64,000 nucleotides of DNA, taken from positions 800,001-864,000 of the forward strand of contig CAWDXG010000001.1 in NCBI GenBank assembly GCA_963806225.1, given 5' to 3'. Source of the stretch: an uncultured delta proteobacterium (GTDB lineage: Bacteria; Myxococcota_A; Polyangia; Polyangiales; Polyangiaceae). Below, one piece after another: positions 1 to 9,217 of the stretch (within the stretch, counting starts at the first letter, position 1; each line of letters opens with the position of its first letter). A program made the translations under genes and the position numbers. The notes below the pieces were generated by a model. It was not told the origin of the DNA. It ran no database searches and saw only the letters and a program-made list of their open reading frames with translations.

Positions 1-1530
1 CGGGCTGGACCTTCTCGAGCCGCGCGTAGCCGGCGACCTGCCCTGCGGTACCGACCCCGCGAAGCTGGAGACTACTCGATCACGGTCGAGAGCGGCGCGT
101 CGATCGTCGTGGCTCCGACGGACAGCATGCCAGACGGCAAGGGCGCCGACGGCAACTACTACTACTCCAGCTACTACGGCTACCACTACGCCTACGGCGG
201 CGGCGGTGGCGGCCACGCTTCCAAGGGTGGCAACGGCGGAGGCAGGGGGATCGGCGGCAGTGCCTACGGTCTGAACACGGACTTCGTTGTCTACACCGGC
301 TCGAGCGGCGGAAACGGAGCCTCCAGTAGCGGCACTGGTACCGGCGCCAAGGGTGGCAAGGGCGGCGGCGTGCTGCGCTTGATCGCCCCGGTCATCAGTG
401 TGGCGGGCCAGATTACGGCGAACGGAGCGAATGGCGGCTCTGCCACTGCCAGCTACACAGGCGGTGGCGGCGGCGGCTCTGGCGGCGGTGTGCTGCTGGC
501 CGCTGACGACCTCACGTTCAGCGGCGCGATCTCCGCGCTCAAGGGCGCCGGCGGCACAGCTTCCGGCAGTCGTAGCTACGCAGGCGGCGCCGGCGCGGAC
601 GGTCGGGTCAAGCTGCTGTATGGCGCGCAGCACACGCTCACCGGCTCCGTCACCGGCGCGAAGACCGAGGGCTTGCTGCCGCCGCTGACCATCACATCGG
701 CCACGCACCCCGACCAGACGCTGGTCTACAACGACGATTTCACGAATTTCGACCTCACCTGGAGCAAGCCCTTCCCGAGCGTGCTCGGCTACTACGTGAA
801 GACGGACACGACGAATTCCACGGTGCCCACGCCGTCAGGTGGCACGTTCCTGGCGGCCGAGAACCTCACGGTGGATCGCAGCGCACTCGTGCAGGGCGAC
901 AACTTCTTCCACATCGTTCCCATCGACGGCACGAGCGCGGTCGGCACGGTGCAGGGCTGGTTCAAGCTCCAGCTCAACACCAAGGCACCCACCATCACTT
1001 CCTCCAGTCACCCCAACCAGACGACGTGGACCACGAACAACACCGTGTTCTACGCCTGGACGTTCCCGGTGGCGGATCAGAACGTCGTCGGTGTGCACTA
1101 CGTGAGCGATCACTTCGCGAACACGGTGCGCACCATGAGCGACACCTTCGTGGACGTCTCGCAGAAGCAGCAGATCCTGTCGAGCCTGGCCGACGGCGTG
1201 TGGTTCTTCCATGTCGTGAGCGAAGACACGCACGGCTACCTGACCAAGTCCGCAGCGCACTACCAGGTGCGCATCGGCGCCGACCCCGGTGCGGGGACGA
1301 TCCTGGGCCAGGTGATCGACAGCCAGTCGCAGCCCGTGAACGGCGCCAGTATCACGGTCAATCGCGGCCTGTTCACCGCCTCGAGCAACACGAGCGGCAA
1401 CTACAACCTGCAGAACGTGATCGCAGGCACCTGGGAGGTTACGGCGAGCAAGGTGCCGTATGCGCCGGCGGTCAAGAGCGTGACCGTTGCCGACCAGAAC
1501 TCCTCGACGGTCAACTTCAAGTTGCAGTAG
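1..1530 (+). CDS. Gly-rich secreted/surface protein with two Ig-like repeats and a C-terminal carboxypeptidase-regulatory-like domain (5' truncated by window edge)
   Basis: Frame is open from position 1. Gly-rich block, then two similar units (TITSATHPDQT...FFHIV and TITSSSHPNQT...FFHVV), then C-terminal GTILGQVID...PVNGASITV...G.WEVTASK, a CarboxypepD_reg-like pattern. Confidence 0.65.
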   Translation, partial: RAGPSRAARSRRPALRYRPREAGDYSITVESGASIVVAPTDSMPDGKGADGNYYYSSYYGYHYAYGGGGGGHASKGGNGGGRGIGGSAYGLNTDFVVYTGSSGGNGASSSGTGTGAKGGKGGGVLRLIAPVISVAGQITANGANGGSATASYTGGGGGGSGGGVLLAADDLTFSGAISALKGAGGTASGSRSYAGGAGADGRVKLLYGAQHTLTGSVTGAKTEGLLPPLTITSATHPDQTLVYNDDFTNFDLTWSKPFPSVLGYYVKTDTTNSTVPTPSGGTFLAAENLTVDRSALVQGDNFFHIVPIDGTSAVGTVQGWFKLQLNTKAPTITSSSHPNQTTWTTNNTVFYAWTFPVADQNVVGVHYVSDHFANTVRTMSDTFVDVSQKQQILSSLADGVWFFHVVSEDTHGYLTKSAAHYQVRIGADPGAGTILGQVIDSQSQPVNGASITVNRGLFTASSNTSGNYNLQNVIAGTWEVTASKVPYAPAVKSVTVADQNSSTVNFKLQ

Positions 1531-1602
1531 CGCCACCTGGGCGTCACCGACGCCGGGCCGGGGCGCCTTGTCCGGGCGCCCGGCACCGGCTAGATCGGCC
1601 GC

Positions 1603-3054
1603 ATGCCGCTACCCGAGGAGCCCGAAGCCCTCCCGCCGCCCCAGCGCCGCGTCTACTGCAACCGCACGCTGAACCTGCGGTCGATCAAGGCGGTCGGCTG
1701 CGACATGGACTACACGCTCATCCACTACAACACGGAGGAGTGGGAGCGGCGGGCCTACGAGCACACGCGCGAGCGCCTCGCCGAACAGGGTTTCCCGGTC
1801 GGCAAGCTCGAGTTCGACCCGGGCTTCGCGACGCTCGGTCTGGTCATCGACCTCGAGCTCGGCAACCTGGTCAAGGCGAACCGCTTCGGCTTCGTGCGCC
1901 GCGCCTGCCACGGAACCCGCATGCTCGGCTTCGATGAGCAGCGGCAGATCTACGCGCGCGAGTTGGTCGACCTGTCCGAGCCACGCTGGGTGTTCATGAA
2001 CACCCTCTTCGGCCTTTCCGAGGCCAGCATGTACGCGCAGATGATCGATCTGCGCGACGCAGGAGAGCTGGACCGCGCGCTCGACTACGGCGACCTGTAC
2101 CGCATCGTGCGCGCCGCGCTCGACGCCACGCACATGGAAGGCACGCTCAAGCAGGAAATCAGCGCAGAGCCGGAACGCTTCGTCGTGCTCGACCCGGAGC
2201 TGCCGATTGCGCTGCTCGACCTCAAGTATGCCGGCAAGAAGCTGCTGCTCATCACCAACTCCGAATGGGGCTACACGCGCTCCATGATGAGTTACGCCTT
2301 CGATCGCTTCCTGCCCAGCGGGATGAGCTGGCGTTCGCTGTTCGATATCGTGATCGTCTCCGCTCGCAAGCCCGCTTTCTTCTCCGGTGCGCAGCCTATC
2401 TTCGAGGTTGTCGACGAGGAGGGGCTCCTGCGTCCGTTCAACGGCAGGCTGGCCGACGGCGGCATCTATCTGGGCGGCCACGCCGGCCTGGTCGAGCGCG
2501 ACCTCGGGCTCGTGGGCGAGGAGATCCTCTACATCGGCGATCACATGTTCGCCGACGTGCACGTGACCAAGAGCCTGCTCCGCTGGCGCACCGCGCTGGT
2601 CGTGCGGGAGCTGGAGCAGGAGATGGCCGCGCTCTTGTCGTTCCGCGAACAGCAGGCCGACCTGACCGCGCTGATGGCGGACAAGGAGCTCCATGAGCAC
2701 CGCTACTCCGCTCTGCGATTGATGCTGCAGCGTCAGGAGACCGGGTATGCGCCCGCCGGCCAGAGTCCGCCGCGCCGGCTGCGCGAACGGATGCAGGAAT
2801 TGCGCGGTGAGCTCGTCGCTCTCGACGAGAGGATTGCACCGCTGGCCCGCGCCTCCAGCGAGCTCGTCAGCCCGCGCTGGGGTCTCATCATGCGGGCCGG
2901 TAACGACAAGAGCCACCTCGCCCGGCAGATCGAACGCTACGCGGATGTCTATACCTCGCGCGTTTCGAACCTGTTGCTCGAGACCCCGTTCGTCTATCTG
3001 CGTTCTCCGCGCGGCAGTCTGCCGCACGACAGCGGGCCGGGCGGCGGGGCGTAG
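1603..3054 (+). CDS. HAD-IG family 5'-nucleotidase (cN-II/NT5C2-like)
   Basis: HAD motif I DMDYTL, motif II LITNS, RKP, motif IV YIGDHMFADV, and C-terminal RYADVYTSRVSN. Confidence 0.92.
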   Translation: MPLPEEPEALPPPQRRVYCNRTLNLRSIKAVGCDMDYTLIHYNTEEWERRAYEHTRERLAEQGFPVGKLEFDPGFATLGLVIDLELGNLVKANRFGFVRRACHGTRMLGFDEQRQIYARELVDLSEPRWVFMNTLFGLSEASMYAQMIDLRDAGELDRALDYGDLYRIVRAALDATHMEGTLKQEISAEPERFVVLDPELPIALLDLKYAGKKLLLITNSEWGYTRSMMSYAFDRFLPSGMSWRSLFDIVIVSARKPAFFSGAQPIFEVVDEEGLLRPFNGRLADGGIYLGGHAGLVERDLGLVGEEILYIGDHMFADVHVTKSLLRWRTALVVRELEQEMAALLSFREQQADLTALMADKELHEHRYSALRLMLQRQETGYAPAGQSPPRRLRERMQELRGELVALDERIAPLARASSELVSPRWGLIMRAGNDKSHLARQIERYADVYTSRVSNLLLETPFVYLRSPRGSLPHDSGPGGGA

Positions 3055-3231
3055 GCCGCGCGCCCTGCTTTGCCCATCGGCGAGCGGGGACGATATCCCA
3101 CATTTCGGATCACGATCCTCTCGCGACCGGGTGCGCTGCGCCGGAACACGGTTACACTACGACAGACGGGGATTTTGGCCGGTTGCGGTGTGGACCGTGG
3201 CCGGAGGCTGATCTTTTTTTGGGGGAGGCGC

Positions 3232-4251
3232 GTGTCTCTGGCGGAAGCCTCGAGTCGTGGGCAACGGGATAGCGGCTGGCGATTCCGGCAACGCAGCGAG
3301 CCCGGAGGGTTCGATGTCTCGGTCGTGATCCCCACGTTCCGCCGTCCCAGGTCGCTGGCGCGTGCGATCCGCAGCTGCCAGCGCCAGGTCGATGCGCCCC
3401 CGAGCGAGGTCGTCGTCGTCGACAACTGCCCGCACGGCTCGGCCAGCGGCGTGGTGGCCGATCTCGCGCTCGGCAGCCCGGTCCCGATCCGCTACGAGCA
3501 CGAGCCGGTGGCTGGCGTAGCCGCGGCCCGCAACCGCGGAGTGGCCGCGGCGGCTGCTCCGCTGATTGCGTTCCTCGACGACGACGAGGAAGCCGACGAG
3601 CACTGGCTGGCGAACCTGGTGGAGGCGCGCGCGCGGCACGACGCCGACGCCGTGTTCGGCGCGGTCATCGCCGAGATCGACGGTGACGCTCCGCCGGGTG
3701 CAAGCGTGTTCCGGCAGATGCTCACGCGGCGTTTCGCCGAGCCGCAAGGAGAGCTCGCGCCGCGGCTGCATGCTTCCGTTGGCACCGGTAACTCGCTCTT
3801 CCACACTCGCTGCCTCGGGGAGCAGCCGTTCGATCCTGCGTTGGGCCTGGGGGGAGGCGAGGACTCGGCTCTGATCAAGCGTCTGGCCCGCGAAGGCAAG
3901 CACTTCGCCTGGACGCCGGACGCGCGGGTAGTCGAGTACCTGCCGTCCGGGCGCGCGAATCTCCGCTTCATGTTGCGCCGCCGCTTCAGCGACGGTCAGG
4001 TACGGACTTCCACCTGCGTCGTCGCCGAACCGCGAGAGCCCGTCCGCATGCTGTTGTGGATGGGCGTTGGCGCCGCGCAGCTCGTCGTCTACGCGGTGCT
4101 GGCTGCCGTCACCGTTCTGTTCCGGCGCCAGGCCGCGCAGCGCTATCTCTGCACAGCCGCGAGCGGGCTCGGAAAAGTGCTCTGGATGCCGCCCTTCCGC
4201 GCGCTACGCTACCCGGGTTCACAGGCGCGCGCCGGAACGGGAGCCAGGTAG
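3232..4251 (+). CDS. Glycosyltransferase family 2 (ExoM-like)
   Basis: SVVIPTFRRP, VVVVDN, AAARNRG, FLDDDE and GGED motifs. GTG at 3232 follows GGGGGAGG. Confidence 0.88.
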   Translation: MSLAEASSRGQRDSGWRFRQRSEPGGFDVSVVIPTFRRPRSLARAIRSCQRQVDAPPSEVVVVDNCPHGSASGVVADLALGSPVPIRYEHEPVAGVAAARNRGVAAAAAPLIAFLDDDEEADEHWLANLVEARARHDADAVFGAVIAEIDGDAPPGASVFRQMLTRRFAEPQGELAPRLHASVGTGNSLFHTRCLGEQPFDPALGLGGGEDSALIKRLAREGKHFAWTPDARVVEYLPSGRANLRFMLRRRFSDGQVRTSTCVVAEPREPVRMLLWMGVGAAQLVVYAVLAAVTVLFRRQAAQRYLCTAASGLGKVLWMPPFRALRYPGSQARAGTGAR

Positions 4252-5009
4252 TGCTGTCGCGGATCCTCGACAGCGCGGTCTATCACGGCACCCGCCTGGT
4301 CGCTCCGCGCATGGCCGCGCGTCCGGTGGAGCTGTCGCCGGATGCCGCCTTTGTCTCCTTTTCCTTCGATGACTTCCCGGATTCCGCAGCGACGCGTGGA
4401 GCGCCCATCCTGGAGCGCGTGGGAGCACGGGGCACATTCTACGTCGCCATGCGCCTGTCGGGCGCCGCGGAGGGATTCGAGCCGGGGCACCTCGGCCGCT
4501 TGGTAGCTTCGGGACACGAGCTCGGCTGCCACACCCGGCAGCACCTGGACTGTTTCACAGCGGACGACGCCCGCGTTCTCGACGACGTCGTGAAGAACGC
4601 CGACGAGCTTGCCCGCGTCCTGCCTGGCGTGACTCTCCGCCAGTTCGCATTTCCGTACGGCCGATTCCGGCCGTCGCACAAGGCCCTGCTGGGTCGCCGC
4701 TTCGACTCGCTCAGATCGATCTTCCCGGGCGTCCACCGCGGCAGCGCGGACCTGCACATGCTGCGTGCCAACAAGCTGTTTTCGGACGGCGGCTTCGCAA
4801 ACCGCGCGCTGTCCCTGATCCGCGACGTCGCCGACCGAGGCGGTTGGGTCGTGTTCTTCACGCACGACATCTCCGACGCGCCGACCCCCTTCGGGACACG
4901 CCCTGCCGATCTGGCCCGCGCCGTCTCCTGCGCGCTGGATCTCGGGCTCGAGGTGCTGCCGGTGGGCGAGGTGGTGCAGCGGCTCCAGACCCGCGTGCCG
5001 CGCGCTTGA
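4251..5009 (+). CDS. Polysaccharide deacetylase (NodB/CE4)
   Basis: SFSFDD, GHELGCHT..H, FAFPYG and FFTHD motifs. Start overlaps the GT2 stop (TAGTG). Confidence 0.88.
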   Translation: MLSRILDSAVYHGTRLVAPRMAARPVELSPDAAFVSFSFDDFPDSAATRGAPILERVGARGTFYVAMRLSGAAEGFEPGHLGRLVASGHELGCHTRQHLDCFTADDARVLDDVVKNADELARVLPGVTLRQFAFPYGRFRPSHKALLGRRFDSLRSIFPGVHRGSADLHMLRANKLFSDGGFANRALSLIRDVADRGGWVVFFTHDISDAPTPFGTRPADLARAVSCALDLGLEVLPVGEVVQRLQTRVPRA

Positions 5010-5013
5010 GCCG

Positions 5014-6579
5014 CTACCACGTGTCGATGAAGCGGCGCTCCGGCCGCGGTCCCGGCGCCGGCGTCGAGTGCAGACCGCGCACCAGCCACGCGCGCGTCTC
5101 CGCCGGATCAACGACGGCATCCAGCTCGAACAGCGACGCCATGTTGATTGCCTTGCCGCGCTCTCGCGCCTCGGCGACCAGCGCCGCGAGCGCCTGCTCG
5201 CGCGCGTCGGGATCCTCGATGGCCTCGAGCTGCTTCTTCAGCGCCAGACGCACGGCTCCCTCGAGGTTCATCGCGCCGAACTCGGCGCCGGGCCACGCGA
5301 TCGTGAACAGCGGCGCGTGAAAGTGCCCGCCGCTCATCGCCTGCGCGCCCAGGCCGTAGCCGCGCCTGAGCACGACCGTGAGGTATGGCACCGTCAGGCC
5401 GGCGGCCGCCACGAACATCCGTGAAGTGTGCCGCACCAGCGCCGTCGCTTCCGCCTTCGGGCCGACCATGAACCCCGGCGTGTCGCACAAGGACACGATC
5501 GGCAGCCCGAACGCATCGCACAGTCGCATGAAGCGCGCTGCCTTGTCCGACGCATCCGCATCGATCGCGCCACCGAGGTGCATCGTGTCGTTCGCGATCA
5601 TCCCGACGGGCCGTCCTTCGATGCGCGCGAGCGCCGTCACGATGCTGCGCCCGAAGTCGCGGCGGAGCTCCAGCACCGAGCCCGTGTCGCACAGCGTCTC
5701 GATGATCGGCCGCACCTTGTAGGCGCGGCGGCGGTTTTCCGGCAGCACGCTCCGGAGCTTGCTCTGCTCGGGCTCGCTCCACCCGGCGACAGGCCCCTGG
5801 AAGAACGCCAGGTACTTCCGCGCTACCGCCACGGCTTCGGCCTCGTCCGCGACGCGCACGTCGATAACGCCGTTCTTCGCCTGTACGTCGACCGGGCCGA
5901 TCTCTTCCGGCTTGTAGCTGCCGAGCCCGCCACCCTCGATCATCGCGGGCCCCCCCATGCCGATGTTGCTGTTGTCGGTCGCGATGATGACGTCCGAGCA
6001 GCCGAGCAACGCCGCGTTGCCCGCGAAGCAGCGCCCGCTCACCACGCCAACCAGCGGCACGCGCCCGGACAGCGCCGCGAACGAAAGGAAGCTCGGCGTG
6101 TCGAGCGCTGCCACCGTCTGCACGTCCACGTCGCCCGGTCGCCCCCCGCCGCCCTCGGCGAACAACACCAGAGGCACGCGCCACCCGGCCGCCAGTTCGA
6201 GCATGCGGTCGAGCTTCTTGTGGCCCATCATGCCCTGCGTGCCCGCGAAGACCGTGAAGTCGTAGGCCAGGAGCATGGTGCGCGCGCGCTCGGCGCCGAA
6301 GAGCTCGCCGTTCACGGTGCCCAGGCCGCACACGATGCCGTCGGCGGGGCTCACGCGGATCAATTCCTCCAGCGAACGGCTCTGCCGCTGCGCCGCCAGC
6401 GCGAGAGCGCCGTATTCGACAAAGCTTCCCTCGTCGACGAGAGCCGCCAGGTTCTCTCGCGCCGTTCGCTGCCCCCGGGCGCGCCGCTTCGCCACGGCCT
6501 CCGGACGCCCCGCATCTGTCGTCGCGTGCAGCCGCGCTTCAAGCTCTTGCAGATCCGCATCCTTGTCGCGTGAGGACAT
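5014..6579 (-). CDS. Acyl-CoA carboxylase carboxyltransferase subunit
   Basis: TARENL, DFTVFAGTQG, FAEGGGGRPGD, GRCFAGNAAL, CDTPGFMVGP and DPAETR motifs. Real start is ATG 6579; the longer track ORF is an upstream overrun. Confidence 0.9.
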   Translation of the reverse strand: MSSRDKDADLQELEARLHATTDAGRPEAVAKRRARGQRTARENLAALVDEGSFVEYGALALAAQRQSRSLEELIRVSPADGIVCGLGTVNGELFGAERARTMLLAYDFTVFAGTQGMMGHKKLDRMLELAAGWRVPLVLFAEGGGGRPGDVDVQTVAALDTPSFLSFAALSGRVPLVGVVSGRCFAGNAALLGCSDVIIATDNSNIGMGGPAMIEGGGLGSYKPEEIGPVDVQAKNGVIDVRVADEAEAVAVARKYLAFFQGPVAGWSEPEQSKLRSVLPENRRRAYKVRPIIETLCDTGSVLELRRDFGRSIVTALARIEGRPVGMIANDTMHLGGAIDADASDKAARFMRLCDAFGLPIVSLCDTPGFMVGPKAEATALVRHTSRMFVAAAGLTVPYLTVVLRRGYGLGAQAMSGGHFHAPLFTIAWPGAEFGAMNLEGAVRLALKKQLEAIEDPDAREQALAALVAEARERGKAINMASLFELDAVVDPAETRAWLVRGLHSTPAPGPRPERRFIDTW

Positions 6580-6612
6580 GCCGGGAGCGTACACCGAGAG
6601 CCGCGTCGTGCT

Positions 6613-7383
6613 ATGCGCTTGGCCATGTCGACCAGCGCTTTCGAGGGTCGCGCGGCGGCCTACGCGGAACACCGCGCGGCGTATCCGTCGGAGGCGATCG
6701 AGTGCGCTATCCGGCGTGCGGGGCTGACCGGTGCCGAGGTCGTTGTCGATCTGGGCGCGGGCACCGGGCTGCTCTGCGGGCCGCTGCTCGGTCGCGTGCG
6801 GCGCCTGTACGCCGTCGAGCCCGCCAGCGACATGCGGCGCGCTGCGGAGGCCGCGCTCGGCGACCACCCCGCGTTCCAGAGCGTGGCGGGGACGGCCGAG
6901 GAGACATCTCTCACCGCCGGCTCGATCAACGTCGCCACCAGTGGTAACGCCTTCCACTACTTCGACCCGGAGCGCGCGCGCCGCGAGCTCGATCGCATTC
7001 TCTGCAAGGGCGGACGGGTTATCCTGCTCTACAACGAATGGCCGCGCGACGCGGTCGGTTTTACCAGCGACTACCTCGAGCTGCTCCGCCGCGTGACGCC
7101 GCCCGCTCTCCGCTCCGCGCACGCCAACGACGAATTTGCCGAACGCCTCGCGATCTTTCTCGATGGCCGCGTGCCCGATCGCGACGAAGGCGAGCAGTGC
7201 GAACAGCTCGCCTGGTCGCGCCTCGCCGGTCGCTTCGCTTCCACCTCCATCGCCCCCGCCGAGGGCGCCCCCGAGCACGACGCGACCTACGCCGCTCTCC
7301 GTCAGCTCTTCGACCGTCACGCGAAGGGCGGTGGCGTCTCGTTCTCGCTGCGTTGGATCTGTCTGTCGGTCGTCTGGAGCTGA
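6613..7383 (+). CDS. Class I SAM-dependent methyltransferase
   Basis: VVDLGAGTG, AVEP..DM, GTAEET and AFHYFD motifs. Alternative start is ATG 6625. Confidence 0.85.
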   Translation: MRLAMSTSAFEGRAAAYAEHRAAYPSEAIECAIRRAGLTGAEVVVDLGAGTGLLCGPLLGRVRRLYAVEPASDMRRAAEAALGDHPAFQSVAGTAEETSLTAGSINVATSGNAFHYFDPERARRELDRILCKGGRVILLYNEWPRDAVGFTSDYLELLRRVTPPALRSAHANDEFAERLAIFLDGRVPDRDEGEQCEQLAWSRLAGRFASTSIAPAEGAPEHDATYAALRQLFDRHAKGGGVSFSLRWICLSVVWS

Positions 7384-7521
7384 GCCGGGGGTCCCGGCAG
7401 CCGCTGCACGGCGCGCAGCGGGGCCGTTTCCTCGAGCTCCGCGAGGGCGTGGTCCGGCACGTCGCGCAGGCATCGTGTGCGGTCTGGAGCTGGGGGCACG
7501 ACGCTTGCATTCCGTTGGTTC

Positions 7522-8163
7522 ATGACGCCGCGCGCGCTGCTGCTGCCGCTCTGCATATTGTGCGCTCGATGCGGTGCGTCGCAAACGCCGGCGCGCGGCG
7601 CCCGGACCGTCCACTCGAGCGAGGGAAAGATGCGAACGGCCGCGCTGATCGCGCAGCCGGTTCGGCGCCCTCGGCGGCCGGACGCACCGCCGACCACCGC
7701 GCTTGCCGACCCGCAGACCGCCGCCGTGCTCTTCGCGATCGTGGAGAGCGAGATCGCCCAGGCGCACGCCGCCGAAGGCAAGGCCCGGAGCCGTCGCGTC
7801 GCCGAGCTCGCCCAGGCCATCACGACGCGGCGTTTCGCAAGCGAGCGCGATCTCGCCGGCTTCATAGCGACGTTGTCACGGGGACTGGAGCAAAGCGAGA
7901 TGCTCGCGCGTCTGGGAAAGGACGCCGACCGCGTGACGAGCAGCATGGCGGGGACGACCGGGGCCGACTTCGACGCCGCGTACCTCGCCGGCCAGATCCA
8001 CGCGTTCGAGCGCGACATTGCAGTTCTCGACACCCGCCTGGTCCCGGACGCGCAAGCGCACGAGCTCGAGCGCATCGCCAGGGAGCTCCGCGCCGGTGTT
8101 GTGGAGAATCTCGCTGCCGCAAGAGCACTGCGCGGCGAGCTCGTCTGCAAAGCCGGAAGGTAG
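7522..8163 (+). CDS. DUF4142-like ferritin-fold exported protein
   Basis: Signal/lipoprotein-like N-terminus. EIAQA...V.ELAQ, GADFDAAYLAGQI and LD..LVPDAQ..EL patterns. Confidence 0.65.
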   Translation: MTPRALLLPLCILCARCGASQTPARGARTVHSSEGKMRTAALIAQPVRRPRRPDAPPTTALADPQTAAVLFAIVESEIAQAHAAEGKARSRRVAELAQAITTRRFASERDLAGFIATLSRGLEQSEMLARLGKDADRVTSSMAGTTGADFDAAYLAGQIHAFERDIAVLDTRLVPDAQAHELERIARELRAGVVENLAAARALRGELVCKAGR

Positions 8164-8238
8164 GTGCGCTCTTCCCGGGCAGGATCACGCTATCGCCGTG
8201 GCCTGAAGCACTTCACCTGGGTCTCGAGGGTGTCGGTT

Positions 8239-8799
8239 TCAGTCGTAGCCGACAGGGGACGGCGATCCGGACGGTACGAGATGCCAGTGGAAATCCAGCG
8301 TGGCGCCGCCCTGCGTGGCGCTCAGCGTCAGCGTGCGCACCGGCTGGCTCCTGCCCACGATGTGCCGGAAGCAGAGCCGGCTGCCGCGCGCGCTCACCAG
8401 CCGGTCGGCGTCGGTGGCGAGCCCGCGCAGCGTCGTGTCGCGTGGCAAGCATGGATCTTCGTCCGTGCACTTGAACGGCATCCAGCCGCTTTGCGACACC
8501 TCGCGCCCGTCCACGTCGAGTGCCACGCGCCAGTTGCCATCGGCGCCGCTCCAGCTGCGCACGATGACGTTGAAGCACGCCCCGCCGCCGTCCAGCCTCA
8601 CCAGCGACGCTTCCGAGGCGAATGCGTTCCGCGGCAGGCCAAAGTCGCGTTCGTCCCAGACCGGGCTTGCCACCCACACGCGGTTCGGTGCCGGAGTCGG
8701 GCTCACCCCGGGCCGCTCCACCCGCGCGTAGCCCTCCGCGCTGCAGCCGCACAAGAGCAGGGCTGCCAGCCAAGCCCTCGAGAAGCTAGCTTTCGTCAC
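8239..8799 (-). CDS. Hypothetical lipoprotein
   Basis: GTG start gives MTKASFSRAWLAALLLCGC (lipobox-like) followed by a globular region. Confidence 0.5.
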   Translation of the reverse strand: MTKASFSRAWLAALLLCGCSAEGYARVERPGVSPTPAPNRVWVASPVWDERDFGLPRNAFASEASLVRLDGGGACFNVIVRSWSGADGNWRVALDVDGREVSQSGWMPFKCTDEDPCLPRDTTLRGLATDADRLVSARGSRLCFRHIVGRSQPVRTLTLSATQGGATLDFHWHLVPSGSPSPVGYD

Positions 8800-8905
8800 G
8801 TTGCGCCCCCCTTTGACCCCTGAAGCGTTTGCGCGCTTCCCCGCCGCGTCAAGCCGCGGCGGCTCTGGACGCGGTGCGTTGCTCCGACCTAGTCTTCCGG
8901 ATTCA

Positions 8906-9119
8906 ATGACCCTGGATCTGGAAGTCATCGAGAGCACAGCGGATCACGCGTTCGGCATCTGGCACAAGGCCGTGCTCTACGTCTGGCGTGGTGGTCGCCA
9001 ACGTCGAGAGCGCCACCGTCTGGCTCGAGCGCCAGCACAGCGCCGCTGGCCCTACGCCCTCCAGCGCTGCCGAGCTCTCCGCCGCCCTCGCCGGGCTGCG
9101 CGGCGCCGCCCAGGGCTGA
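8906..9119 (+). pseudogene. Probable internally deleted/frameshifted remnant of a small STAS/SEC14-like myxobacterial protein
   Basis: MTLDLEVIESTADHAFGIWHKAVLYVWR joins, after a +1 shift at ~8990, to VVANVESATVWLERQ...AAELSAALAGLRGAAQG*. The family resemblance is from memory. Confidence 0.4.
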
Positions 9120-9217
9120 GCGCGCCGCAGCGCGGGCGCGCCGCGCATCCCAGCTCCCGGCGCGAGCGCTGCGTATCTGTTTCGTATCGAGGCTGCCGGG
9201 ACCGCCAAGGGAAACTG

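Noticed and set aside
5014..7767. 917-aa ORF as a long carboxylase
   Set aside because: The N-terminal ~395 aa are antisense to the methyltransferase and DUF4142-like genes and have no BC/BCCP motifs.
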